A stretch of 64,000 nt of DNA, taken from assembly GCA_017549765.1 (NCBI GenBank), contig JAFYNM010000009.1, positions 8,390 to 72,389 on the forward strand, in the 5' to 3' direction. The DNA comes from Bacteroidales bacterium (GTDB lineage: Bacteria; Bacteroidota; Bacteroidia; Bacteroidales; WCHB1-69). This document shows, piece after piece, positions 1 through 8,340 of the stretch; within the stretch, counting starts at the first letter, position 1, and every line of letters begins with the position of its first letter. The notes below the pieces were generated by a model. It had not been told where the DNA came from. It worked only from the letters and a program-made list of their open reading frames with translations, and made no database searches. Position numbers and translations under genes: made by a program.

Positions 1-1439
1 TACTCATAATAATTACCACTGTCATTAAATCCTTTATTTCCTTCTCGATCTATAGTTCGGATGTCGCAATAACCTGTTGGAGGAGTTGTTGATTGATCGT
101 ATAAAGCATAGCCTCCAAATGCAACCACATTTAAATCTGAACTATAATTTGAGTAAAGTCCGTGCAACCCGTCACCTTGAATAGCACCCACCGATATAAC
201 TCGAGGAATGGTTCCTATAAAATTGATAGAATCATTCTTAAAATCATTTCCTGAAGAAGCTATGACAACACACCCTTTATTGTTGCGCCCGTTATCTAAT
301 GCCATTTTAAAGGCATCCTGAACTTGTTGAGATTTGTTTTTTTTATGCCCCCAAGAATTGTTGAGAATATCAGCCTCGTAGAGTTCCCATGCTTTACGTA
401 TCCCTTTGGCAATTCGTTTGTTATTCATGTAGTCTGTCTTTGGATCGCCACTTATTATATTGACTATTTTTTGGATTCTTATGGGTACTATTCTTGAATT
501 TTGGTCAATTCCAACAATACCCTTTCCATTATTAGGAGTTGCCGCTACTATACCAGCACAGCATTGGCCGTGAGCATGTAAAAATTTTGGACGACCATGG
601 TTAATGGCAGGATAACCATTCAAAACCTTGCTATTTCCCTCTGACATTAGATCTTCATGATCTTCTACTCCATCGTCTATGATAGCAACTTTTGTTGACA
701 CTGTAGATAACGAAGAAACTAAAGACCAAGCTTCCAAAACTTTTAAATCAAAACCTGAAACACATTGAAAATTACTTCCATCAACTAATGAAACACTTTG
801 TCCTGTGTTATGCAAATAGTATTGTTTACTATACAAAGGGTCATTATAATGATTTTCATAACTACAATAATAATCCGGCTCGGCAAAGACAAAAAGTCCT
901 GATTCAAACAACCTTTTAGCAAGAGAAATAACCGTGTTTTCGTCAGGACAAAGAATTGTTAAATACAGAGCGTCCTCCAATGTAACACTAACATTGCTGT
1001 ATTCATTGATAATAGAAATAGCAGAAGATATGAGATTTATACTCTTTATTTTTGCCACAACCTCATTCCTTAACCACACTCGTTCTCCATCCAAATTTTT
1101 AGAATAGGAATAATATATAACTTTTTCAGGGTGATTATTTGTAACTGATTTGATGACACTGTCAATGTGGTAACAAGACAAAGACCTATTCGTAACTATT
1201 ATATTGTCGTCCTCATCAGAATATGATACTTCGGCTTGCCCGGAAAAATAAAGATATAAATTATTACATATATTTCTAATATCTCCTGTGTCTGCAAGAA
1301 TTATGTTCACTGACATAGAGTCATCAGTAAAATATTGAGCTGTTCCATTGTAATAATAAAACTTGCTGTTTTGAGCAAGAATAGATTCCCCTGCAAAAAG
1401 AATCAGCGAAAGAAAACAAATATAAGCTAACCTACTCAT
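1..1439 (-). CDS. S8 (subtilisin-like) serine peptidase, N-terminal ~479 codons; the C-terminus lies beyond the window start
   Basis: Open frame from the ATG at 1439. It is absent from the supplied track because it has no stop inside the window. My translation gives MSRLAYICFLSLILFAGESILAQ (signal peptide), then VAIIDDGVEDHEDL (Asp box), HAHGQCCAGIVAA (His box) and NNSWG/ASSGN. The catalytic Ser region is not reached. I spot-checked the frame at 1-60, 541-720 and 1321-1440. Confidence 0.75.
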   Translation of the reverse strand, partial: MSRLAYICFLSLILFAGESILAQNSKFYYYNGTAQYFTDDSMSVNIILADTGDIRNICNNLYLYFSGQAEVSYSDEDDNIIVTNRSLSCYHIDSVIKSVTNNHPEKVIYYSYSKNLDGERVWLRNEVVAKIKSINLISSAISIINEYSNVSVTLEDALYLTILCPDENTVISLAKRLFESGLFVFAEPDYYCSYENHYNDPLYSKQYYLHNTGQSVSLVDGSNFQCVSGFDLKVLEAWSLVSSLSTVSTKVAIIDDGVEDHEDLMSEGNSKVLNGYPAINHGRPKFLHAHGQCCAGIVAATPNNGKGIVGIDQNSRIVPIRIQKIVNIISGDPKTDYMNNKRIAKGIRKAWELYEADILNNSWGHKKNKSQQVQDAFKMALDNGRNNKGCVVIASSGNDFKNDSINFIGTIPRVISVGAIQGDGLHGLYSNYSSDLNVVAFGGYALYDQSTTPPTGYCDIRTIDREGNKGFNDSGNYYE

Positions 1440-1442
1440 ATC

Positions 1443-1814
1443 TTAAATTTTTTCTATACACAATATTTTGGAGGGTTCCAAATAGATTTCAACGTGAAAG
1501 TTTACAAAACGTTCTAGCGTACAGTGTACTCTAACCGGATTGTTTGGAGTTAACGTAAACTCCTTTGGAATGTATCCTTTTACTGGATAAAAAGCAAAGG
1601 TTGCTTCAATGAATTGACTATGAAGTAAAACATAACATGCTGAATCAATGTCCAAGTTGGGCTTTTCGGGTATAAAGAAACCTGCCACTTTCCCTCTCGG
1701 TTCCTCTAAATACAGCCAATAACCATTCTCACCGTATTCACATTGTTTATGTCTAGAGCAACAGGTTAGTAAAACTAATAATAGAATGGACAGAATAAAC
1801 ATTAATTTTTTCAT
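1443..1814 (-). CDS. small hypothetical lipoprotein, 3 nt upstream of the S8 peptidase gene
   Basis: Internal start MKKLMFILSILLLVLLTCCS has a signal peptide with a lipobox-like Cys. The track ORF 1443..1859 carries an unlikely N-terminal extension. The sequence is AT-rich like the peptidase gene. I recognise no family. Confidence 0.55.
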   Translation of the reverse strand: MKKLMFILSILLLVLLTCCSRHKQCEYGENGYWLYLEEPRGKVAGFFIPEKPNLDIDSACYVLLHSQFIEATFAFYPVKGYIPKEFTLTPNNPVRVHCTLERFVNFHVEIYLEPSKILCIEKI

Positions 1815-1888
1815 ATTCTTTTTATTTTTAAAATGAATAATAATATTTCCTTTCAACATTTCTACAAATCATCGCACCTACGTTCCTC

Positions 1889-2386
1889 TCACTCGTTCGT
1901 GTACAGCTGTTCTTCGGTGATGGACAGGCCGGTGAAGGTGAACTGAAGGGTGGTGTTGTCGCGGTAAACCAACTGTGCGGGGATGTTGAGGAAGACGCGG
2001 TTTTCGTCCTCGTCCACATAGTTGAGCGAGCGTGCCGGCATGTTGAAGAAGTCCTCCGAGGTCAGCCCGAAGGTGTCCACCGTCGTGGCCACAAGGTCTG
2101 CGCCGACCTCCTGCAGCTGGACCGCCGCGGCGGTCGCACAATAGTTGCCGTCTCCCATGCAGTTCACATGTATTAGCCTTCCGTCATCCATTACACAACC
2201 ATTACAGTATCTCCCGTCGTGGCCAATACTCAACATAAGGATTGTCGAGTTTTCCGCTCTCGTATTGCCGTAAATGGTTATCACCCGGTTTGGGGATAGC
2301 TCCAGCGAAGATGTTCGAAGATCCTCATTCTCACACGCGCCCAGTAATGATGCCAAGAGAATGCTCAATGCCATTAATTTTTTCAT
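1889..2386 (-). CDS. hypothetical lipoprotein with a Cys-rich central segment
   Basis: MKKLMALSILLASLLGAC is a lipoprotein signal. The segment CNGCVMDDGRLIHVNCMGDGNYC is Cys-rich. It is the first gene of a minus-strand operon with the two genes to its left. Confidence 0.6.
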   Translation of the reverse strand: MKKLMALSILLASLLGACENEDLRTSSLELSPNRVITIYGNTRAENSTILMLSIGHDGRYCNGCVMDDGRLIHVNCMGDGNYCATAAAVQLQEVGADLVATTVDTFGLTSEDFFNMPARSLNYVDEDENRVFLNIPAQLVYRDNTTLQFTFTGLSITEEQLYTNE

Positions 2387-2429
2387 AGTGCCTGTTGTTT
2401 ATTAAGATTATTATATGCTTTTCGGACGG

Positions 2430-2437
2430 CAAAAATA
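2430..2437 (-). promoter_or_regulatory. Bacteroidota -7 box (TATTTTTG on the minus strand), proximal promoter of the lipoprotein/S8 operon
   Basis: The plus strand reads CAAAAATA, the reverse complement of TAnnTTTG. It lies ~41 nt upstream of the ATG at 2386. Confidence 0.5.
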
Positions 2438-2492
2438 TACACAAATAATGAATACCATTATCCATCATTTCAGAAATGTGTTACCTCTTAGG

Positions 2493-2500
2493 CAAAAATA
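2493..2500 (-). promoter_or_regulatory. second (distal) -7 box TATTTTTG for the same operon, preceded by a C9 tract
   Basis: The plus strand reads CAAAAATA. The homopolymer at 2507-2515 sits 6 nt upstream in the minus sense. Confidence 0.45.
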
Positions 2501-2506
2501 TGATAT

Positions 2507-2515
2507 GGGGGGGGG
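2507..2515. repeat. G9/C9 homopolymer tract in the divergent promoter region
   Basis: Counted directly: tgatatGGGGGGGGGtatct. Confidence 0.95.
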
Positions 2516-2647
2516 TATCTTCACACACTATTTATTTGTTTATCAATATAATATATGATTGTGTGATTGTGGAGGCAAGAAGGAATATTTATTGCTTCTT
2601 AAGGGTGCTTTAGGAATAAAAAGTGAAAAAGGGAGGGTTTTATTTTA

Positions 2648-2655
2648 TATTTTTG
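2648..2655 (+). promoter_or_regulatory. -7 box TATTTTTG for LytTR/wHTH paralog 1
   Basis: Matches TAnnTTTG, 27 nt upstream of the ATG at 2682. Confidence 0.55.
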
Positions 2656-2681
2656 CTGTCTCATTGTTAACCCCTTCTGTA

Positions 2682-3764
2682 ATGAAACACATGCATACGG
2701 CTGTCGCCGTTTTATTGAATGTCCTTTTCTGCGCCGCACTGCTCTGGTTCTTCACCACAAACAGCTACCTGCGTCCCTACGCCGGCAGTGCCACCAAAGA
2801 GATCCTGGCTGCGCTGCCGCTGTTGGCATCCCTATATGCCAACTACTTTCTCCTATACCCGACATTGTACAGAAAAAGCAGAATTCCATACTGGATAACG
2901 GTGGTGGCCTTCTGTTTTGTCGCCGCGTGTCTGGATCTGGCTATCGCCTACCCGAACATAGCCCAGCGCAATGCCTTCCTTATAGAGAATGTCGGAGTCC
3001 CTCGTTTTGTTTCCAAGCATGTTCTCTTCTTATTAGGAAGGAACCTTGCATTCAACTTCTTCCCCTTCATGATTCAGGAAAGGCGGCAGTCGCAGGAGGC
3101 CTTGTCGGCTGAAGCGGCGATTGTGTACCGTGATGTCCGGCTGTTGGATGTTGTCGACGCAGAACATAATCTGTTTCTTATCCCTAAGAGCGACATTTAC
3201 TATTGTGTGCAAGATGGAAACTTCACCCGTATCTATGTGACAAAGGGCAATTTTTGCTACACGCGCAACGGCCCCATGAAACATCTTGAGCAACTCTTCG
3301 GGAAAGAGGATTTTGTCCGTATCTCCCCAAAGGTGTTGCTTCCATACCAGTACATTAGGTCTTGCCAGGGTGATGAGGTGTTCATGAAAAAGATGCCTTG
3401 GGCAGACACACCAATTTCTTTCAAGATAGAAGACCGGGACAAAGACCGGGTATCCGAGATCATCACTTTGAAACTTCATTTCGCCAAAAACCAAAGGAAT
3501 GGTGTAGGCCACAGCCCGTCACGCCGAAAACAGAAGCCCATCAAGCCTTCCCCCGAGAAGAAAGAGACGGTCCTCCGGCAGATCCGGAAACAACCGGGCA
3601 GCAGGGCCAATGCGATCGCCGAGCAGACTCAATACTCGTCGAGCACCGTGGAGCGCTGCCTTTCCGAACTCCGCAAACAGGGCCTCGTGGAGTTCCGCGG
3701 CTCCAAGAAGAAGGGGGGATACTTTGTGGTGGGAAGGGAGGAAAAGGTGATGAATAAAAGTTAA
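2682..3764 (+). CDS. membrane-anchored LytTR-domain protein with an extra C-terminal winged-helix HTH (paralog 1)
   Basis: The start is chosen at MKHMHTAVAVLLNVLFCAALLWFF because the track start 2559 is a TTG upstream of the promoter box. There are about four hydrophobic helices. The LytTR core is LFLIPKSDIYYCVQDGNFTRIYV...FVRISPKVLLPYQYI. A basic linker leads to the wHTH STVERCLSELRKQGLVEFRGSKKKGGYFVV. Confidence 0.75.
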   Translation: MKHMHTAVAVLLNVLFCAALLWFFTTNSYLRPYAGSATKEILAALPLLASLYANYFLLYPTLYRKSRIPYWITVVAFCFVAACLDLAIAYPNIAQRNAFLIENVGVPRFVSKHVLFLLGRNLAFNFFPFMIQERRQSQEALSAEAAIVYRDVRLLDVVDAEHNLFLIPKSDIYYCVQDGNFTRIYVTKGNFCYTRNGPMKHLEQLFGKEDFVRISPKVLLPYQYIRSCQGDEVFMKKMPWADTPISFKIEDRDKDRVSEIITLKLHFAKNQRNGVGHSPSRRKQKPIKPSPEKKETVLRQIRKQPGSRANAIAEQTQYSSSTVERCLSELRKQGLVEFRGSKKKGGYFVVGREEKVMNKS

Positions 3765-3781
3765 AAGTTGAAAATAAAAAT
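3754..3781 (+). repeat. short period-7 array (ATAAAAG TTAAAAG TTGAAAA TAAAAAT) overlapping the stop codon of paralog 1
   Basis: Read directly. The TAA stop (3762-3764) lies inside the unit TTAAAAG. Confidence 0.5.
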
Positions 3782-3786
3782 TACGG

Positions 3787-3810
3787 GATAGGTGTGCTCA
3801 CACACCTACC
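3787..3810. terminator. hairpin between the convergent LytTR paralog 1 and pruA genes
   Basis: The stem taggtgtg / cacaccta is 8 bp with loop ctca. It is T-rich on the minus-sense side. Confidence 0.45.
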
Positions 3811-3872
3811 CCGCACTGCGGACACCCCTTCCAAAGAAAGGGAAAGTAGCGCCGCCACAATATCTTAGGTCT

Positions 3873-5498
3873 CTATCCCAAGAACGGATAACCGTAGTCC
3901 GTTGCTGGCACGTACGTCTCTTTGATACAGCGGGCGCTGATCCAGCGGACCAGGTTGAGCATACTGCCGGCCTTGTCGTTGGTACCGGAAGCACGCGCGC
4001 CACCGAAGGGCTGGCAGCCCACCACGGCGCCTGTCGGCTTGTCGTTGATGTAGAAGTTGCCGGCAGCATGACGAAGTTCCTTCTCGGCCACCTCAATTGC
4101 ATAGCGGTCGCGGGCAAAGATGGAACCTGTAAGGGCATACGGAGAGGTCTGGTCGCAAACGCGCAACATCTCCACATACTTCTCATCGTCATAGACGTAA
4201 ACGGTGATGACCGGTCCGAAGATCTCCTCGCGGATAGACTCATAGTCCGGCGTCTTGGCCACGATGATGGTCGGCTCCACGAAGTAGCCCACGCTCTTGT
4301 CGTAATGGCCGCCCAGCGCGATCTCTGCATCCGGAGAGGCAATGGCTCTGTCGATATAACCGGCGATATTGTCGAAGGACTTCTCGTCGATGACCGCATT
4401 CACGAAGTTGGAGAAGTCGCGCACATCACCCATCTTGACAGTCTGCATCATCTCTTTGACATGCTCCAGTGTCGGTCCCCAGAGGGATTTGGGCACATAG
4501 GCGCGGGAAGCGGCGGAGCACTTCTGACCTTGGTATTCGAAGGCGCCACGGAGGATGGCCACGGCCAGCTCGCGGGCAGGAGCGGTGTGATGTGCAAAGA
4601 TGAAGTCCTTGCCACCGGTCTCGCCGACAATCTTCGGATAGGTGTTGTAGATGTCGATATTCTGACCGATCAGCTTCCAGAAGCTCTTGAAGGTGCCCGT
4701 GCTACCGGTGAAGTGGATACCGGCCAGGTGCGGGGACTTGAAGGCCACCTCGCTGATGACGGAACCGCTGCCGGGCAGGAAGTTGATGACGCCATCGGGC
4801 AGACCAGCCTCTTGCAAGAGGACCATCAGATAGTAGTTGGACAGGATAGCCGTGGTGGACGGTTTCCAGATGGTGACATTACCCATCAAAGCGGGAGCCA
4901 CGTTCAGGTTCAAAGCAATAGAGGTGAAGTTGAACGGGGTGATAGCATACACGAAGCCCTCCATGCCACGGTACTCGTTACGGTTGAGGGTGGCGTGGTC
5001 GGAGATGGGTTGCTGACCATAGAGCTGGGATGCGAAATAGGTATTGAAGCGCAAGAAGTCGATAGCCTCGCAGGGGCAGTCGATCTCGGCCTGCATCGGG
5101 CTCTTGCCCTGGCCCAGCATACAGGCAGCATTCAGAATGTAACGATATTTCGTGGCGAGCAGCTCAGCAGCCTTCATCATGATGGAAGCACGTTGGATCC
5201 AAGGCATCTCTTCCCAGTCCTTCTTGGCTGCCATGGCGGCATCAATAGCCATCTGCACCTCTTTCTTGCCTACTTTATGGTATTTGGCCAAAACGTGACC
5301 ATGCTCCGTCGGCATCACAACCTGACCCAGGTCGCCCGTGCGGACCTCTTTGCCTCCAATAATCAGGGGTATCTCAATCTCCTGATTGTATTGTCTTTCC
5401 AATTCAGCCTCCAAAAGCTTTCTTTCGGGTGTGCCTGGGGCATAAGAGTAAACAGGTTCGTTTTTCGGTTCTCTGAAAACAAAGTTTGCGTTGTTCAT
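3873..5498 (-). CDS. pruA: L-glutamate gamma-semialdehyde (1-pyrroline-5-carboxylate) dehydrogenase
   Basis: 541 aa. Aldehyde dehydrogenase signatures GETGGKDF (catalytic Glu) and EYQGQKCSAASR (catalytic Cys). The N-terminus NFVFREPKNEPVYSYAPGTPER is typical of PruA/RocA. Confidence 0.9.
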   Translation of the reverse strand: MNNANFVFREPKNEPVYSYAPGTPERKLLEAELERQYNQEIEIPLIIGGKEVRTGDLGQVVMPTEHGHVLAKYHKVGKKEVQMAIDAAMAAKKDWEEMPWIQRASIMMKAAELLATKYRYILNAACMLGQGKSPMQAEIDCPCEAIDFLRFNTYFASQLYGQQPISDHATLNRNEYRGMEGFVYAITPFNFTSIALNLNVAPALMGNVTIWKPSTTAILSNYYLMVLLQEAGLPDGVINFLPGSGSVISEVAFKSPHLAGIHFTGSTGTFKSFWKLIGQNIDIYNTYPKIVGETGGKDFIFAHHTAPARELAVAILRGAFEYQGQKCSAASRAYVPKSLWGPTLEHVKEMMQTVKMGDVRDFSNFVNAVIDEKSFDNIAGYIDRAIASPDAEIALGGHYDKSVGYFVEPTIIVAKTPDYESIREEIFGPVITVYVYDDEKYVEMLRVCDQTSPYALTGSIFARDRYAIEVAEKELRHAAGNFYINDKPTGAVVGCQPFGGARASGTNDKAGSMLNLVRWISARCIKETYVPATDYGYPFLG

Positions 5499-5546
5499 TT
5501 CAAATGTGTTTTAATAAATAATTTTGTGTTGGCTTAAAAGCGGGGG

Positions 5547-5554
5547 CAAAGGTA
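5547..5554 (-). promoter_or_regulatory. -7 box TACCTTTG for pruA
   Basis: The plus strand reads CAAAGGTA, ~49 nt upstream of the start at 5498. Confidence 0.55.
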
Positions 5555-5635
5555 CAAAAAAATGGTGAAGTTTGAACGATTTTTTTTCTCTTTTTACGCT
5601 TTAAAAAACAGGCACCGCGACTCACAAATATTTTA

Positions 5636-5643
5636 TATTTTTG
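5636..5643 (+). promoter_or_regulatory. -7 box TATTTTTG for the GtrA-family gene
   Basis: Matches TAnnTTTG. It overlaps the track's TTG start, which argues for the downstream ATG at 5668. Confidence 0.5.
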
Positions 5644-5667
5644 CGGCCCCTTAAAAAGACATGCTGC

Positions 5668-6072
5668 ATGCATCAAATATACTCCAGATACAGAAACTTC
5701 ATCCTCTATACTTGTATAGGCGGAGTATGCACTTTGGTGGACATTGGGGTGTTTTATCTGTTACAACACACTCCTATTCACTATCTGATAGCCAACATTA
5801 TCAGTTATAACTGCGGCATTATCGTCAGTTTTTTCCTCAACCAACGATACAATTTCAAGGTCAAAGACAAAACTGCCAGTCGTTTTTTCTCCTTTTACAT
5901 GGTCAGCCTGCTCGGGATGATTATTTGCGAGGGTGTGTTGTGGCTCCTGGTGGACGGATGCCATCTGAACAGTCTGCTAGCCAAAGTACTGGCCACTATT
6001 TTTGTGGGATTGATGCAGTTTCTCTATGTGAAACGGTTCACTTTTAAGAAATCAGCCGCAAGGATTGAATAA
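5668..6072 (+). CDS. GtrA-family membrane protein
   Basis: Small protein with four transmembrane helices, RNFILYTCIGGVCTLVDIGVFYLL...NQRYNFK, typical of GtrA-like proteins. The start was moved to the in-frame ATG after the promoter box. Confidence 0.7.
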   Translation: MHQIYSRYRNFILYTCIGGVCTLVDIGVFYLLQHTPIHYLIANIISYNCGIIVSFFLNQRYNFKVKDKTASRFFSFYMVSLLGMIICEGVLWLLVDGCHLNSLLAKVLATIFVGLMQFLYVKRFTFKKSAARIE

Positions 6073-7063
6073 AAAAGTCCACATCCTCCTCCGTGGTGTC
6101 CCAAGAAGTGACAAGTCGGATTTCTCCCGTATTCTCATTCCACACATAGAAGAAGGTGTGCTGCAACAGTGACTCTATTTTCTCCTTCGGAAGTTTGAAC
6201 AACAGTATATTGGCTTCTGTCTTCTGCGTGAACTCTTGGTAACCAACCTCCTCGATGCGGGTGCGCAACAGCTGTGCCATTCTATTGGCGTTGGCAGCAT
6301 TCTCCCGCCATATCTCCTGCTGAAAATAGGGCATGAACTGGCAGGCAGCATAGCGCATCTTGGAATAGAGTTGGGCACTCTGTTTACGCAGATATTTGAG
6401 ATTCTCGGCCAGCTCTGGACGGAAGGCGATGACCATCTCGCCCATCATCAGACCATTCTTGGTGGCCCCGAAACTCATGATATCCACCCCGCAATCCACC
6501 GTCAATTCCTTGAAGCTTTTCTGAAGGGCGACGGCCGCATTGGCGATACGGGCACCGTCAAGATGCAGGTACATGCCATATCCGTGGATAAAGTCGGCGA
6601 TAGCCTTGATCTCTTCCGGAGTATAGACGGTGCCCAGCTCCGTGCACTCGGAGATATAGACCACCTTGGGCTGTGAATGATGCTCAAAACCAAAATTGAC
6701 GAGATGTGGCGCAATACGCTCAGGCGTCAACTTGCCATCGGGCGTTGGGATGGTGCGCAGGGCAGCATGAGTCATAAACTCCGGCGCACCGCATTCGTCC
6801 ACCGCTATGTGGGCTGTCTCCGCACAGAGGATAGAGTGGAACGGCTGCACGCAGGCACGCAGGGAGACCACATTGGCCCCCGTGCCGTTGAAGACCAGAT
6901 AGGGCTCCGCCGTCGCGCCGAAAAGCCCCTTGATCAAGGCTTTCAACCGAGCGGTGTAGTCATCGTCCCCATACGCGATCTGATGGTCACGATTCGCCTC
7001 TGTCAATGCCTGCATAATAACAGGATGCACCCCGGAATGGTTGTCACTGCCAAAACTTCTCAT
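6044..7063 (-). CDS. ltaE: low-specificity L-threonine aldolase
   Basis: MRSFGSDNHSGVHP...YGDDDYT...SFGATKNG (PLP-Lys region). 339 aa. The 3' end overlaps the GtrA-family gene by 29 nt, convergently. Confidence 0.85.
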   Translation of the reverse strand: MRSFGSDNHSGVHPVIMQALTEANRDHQIAYGDDDYTARLKALIKGLFGATAEPYLVFNGTGANVVSLRACVQPFHSILCAETAHIAVDECGAPEFMTHAALRTIPTPDGKLTPERIAPHLVNFGFEHHSQPKVVYISECTELGTVYTPEEIKAIADFIHGYGMYLHLDGARIANAAVALQKSFKELTVDCGVDIMSFGATKNGLMMGEMVIAFRPELAENLKYLRKQSAQLYSKMRYAACQFMPYFQQEIWRENAANANRMAQLLRTRIEEVGYQEFTQKTEANILLFKLPKEKIESLLQHTFFYVWNENTGEIRLVTSWDTTEEDVDFFIQSLRLIS

Positions 7064-7083
7064 GATAATTTGGTATTGGATGA

Positions 7084-8340
7084 TTAATTGTCATTCAAAC
7101 GGATAAAGACAAACAACATCGTGGTGAAAGCCCACAGAGAGGAACCACCGTAGCTCAAGAACGGCAACGGGATGCCGATGATAGGCAAGATACCGATGGT
7201 CATGCCGATATTGATAAAAAAGTGCATGCTGATGATACCGGCGATACCATAGCCATAATATCGGACCATGGGCGCCCGCTGGTTCTCCGATAGTCGCAAT
7301 ATCCGTATGATCAACGACAGGTATAGCCCAAACACAACCAGGGTGCCGAAGAAGCCCCACTCCTCCCCGATGGCACAGAAGATAAAGTCGGTGCTCTGCT
7401 CGGGGACAAATTTCAGTTTTGTCTGGGTGCCCTTGAGATATCCCTTGCCGAACATGCCGCCGGAGCCGATGGCGATTTTGGACTGGTTCAGGTTGAAGTC
7501 GGCACCCTTGGGATCGGAAGTCTTGCCCAAGATGGAGGCAATACGCTCTTTCTGGTGCGGCTCGAACACTTTTTCATATATCAAGTTCACGGAAAAGACG
7601 AAGACCACACTGATAACGTAGATGATGATGTCGCGCTGCATCTTCTTCTTAATGGTCCTGTCTTTCAGCAACATCACAATAAAAACGGTGGTCAGCAAAG
7701 CGATGGCATAGATCTCGTTGAATTTCAAGGTGAAGATGGACAGGAAAGCGGCAATCATGATCAACAACAAAAGCTCGCCGCTCAGGCCTTCGCGATAAAA
7801 GAGCAGGATGAACGAGAAGAACACCAGAGCGGAACCGGCATCGTGCTGCAGCATCACCAACACGATAGGGATAAAGATGAAAGCCGTGGATATCAGCCAG
7901 CCATAACGTTTCTCCACCGCCGTCTTTCCTTCATTGAAGAACTTGGCCAGCGCCAAGGCTGTAGCCATCTTCATGAATTCTACCGGCTGGATGCTGAACT
8001 CTCCAATCTTAATCCATGCCTTGGCACCGGAGATCTCCGAACCTATAAACAAGACCAAGACCATCAACACCAGACAAATTAGGTAGAAATGGTAGGCATA
8101 ATGCTGTATTATATTTTTGTCTATCAACAATATAACAACACACAAAAGAATGGAGGTGCCAATCCAGATCAACTGTTTGCCGTAAGGACGGGACAGATCA
8201 AAAATGGCATTGGTTCCATCGGGGATATAGCAGGTAGAATATATGGTGATCCACCCTATCAACACCAGTGCGATGTAATAGATGATCAGGCGGACGTCGT
8301 AGCCTTTAGAATGGGTCTTATAGCTGTCTATGGATTTCAT
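7084..8340 (-). CDS. rodA: rod shape-determining protein RodA (SEDS family)
   Basis: Polytopic membrane protein with PEQSTDFIFCAIGEEWGF and a YGGSS C-terminal motif. Overlaps mrdA by 4 nt. Confidence 0.9.
   Translation of the reverse strand: MKSIDSYKTHSKGYDVRLIIYYIALVLIGWITIYSTCYIPDGTNAIFDLSRPYGKQLIWIGTSILLCVVILLIDKNIIQHYAYHFYLICLVLMVLVLFIGSEISGAKAWIKIGEFSIQPVEFMKMATALALAKFFNEGKTAVEKRYGWLISTAFIFIPIVLVMLQHDAGSALVFFSFILLFYREGLSGELLLLIMIAAFLSIFTLKFNEIYAIALLTTVFIVMLLKDRTIKKKMQRDIIIYVISVVFVFSVNLIYEKVFEPHQKERIASILGKTSDPKGADFNLNQSKIAIGSGGMFGKGYLKGTQTKLKFVPEQSTDFIFCAIGEEWGFFGTLVVFGLYLSLIIRILRLSENQRAPMVRYYGYGIAGIISMHFFINIGMTIGILPIIGIPLPFLSYGGSSLWAFTTMLFVFIRLNDN

Noticed and set aside
2559-2681. Longer N-terminal extensions offered by the track: TTG at 2559, TTG at 5641, 31745, 33991, 50828, 52871 and 60063
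   Set aside because: Each extension either contains the TAnnTTTG promoter box of the gene itself, overlaps the upstream gene extensively, or runs through a repeat array. Downstream in-frame starts give canonical N-termini such as signal peptides, MAKIKIG of GAPDH and MNYLTVDKV of ABC-F.
3792-5537. 581-aa plus-strand ORF overlapping pruA
   Set aside because: It is a shadow ORF antisense to a gene with unambiguous aldehyde dehydrogenase motifs. Its own product is a Gly/Ala/Arg/Leu/Val-rich string typical of GC-rich antisense frames.
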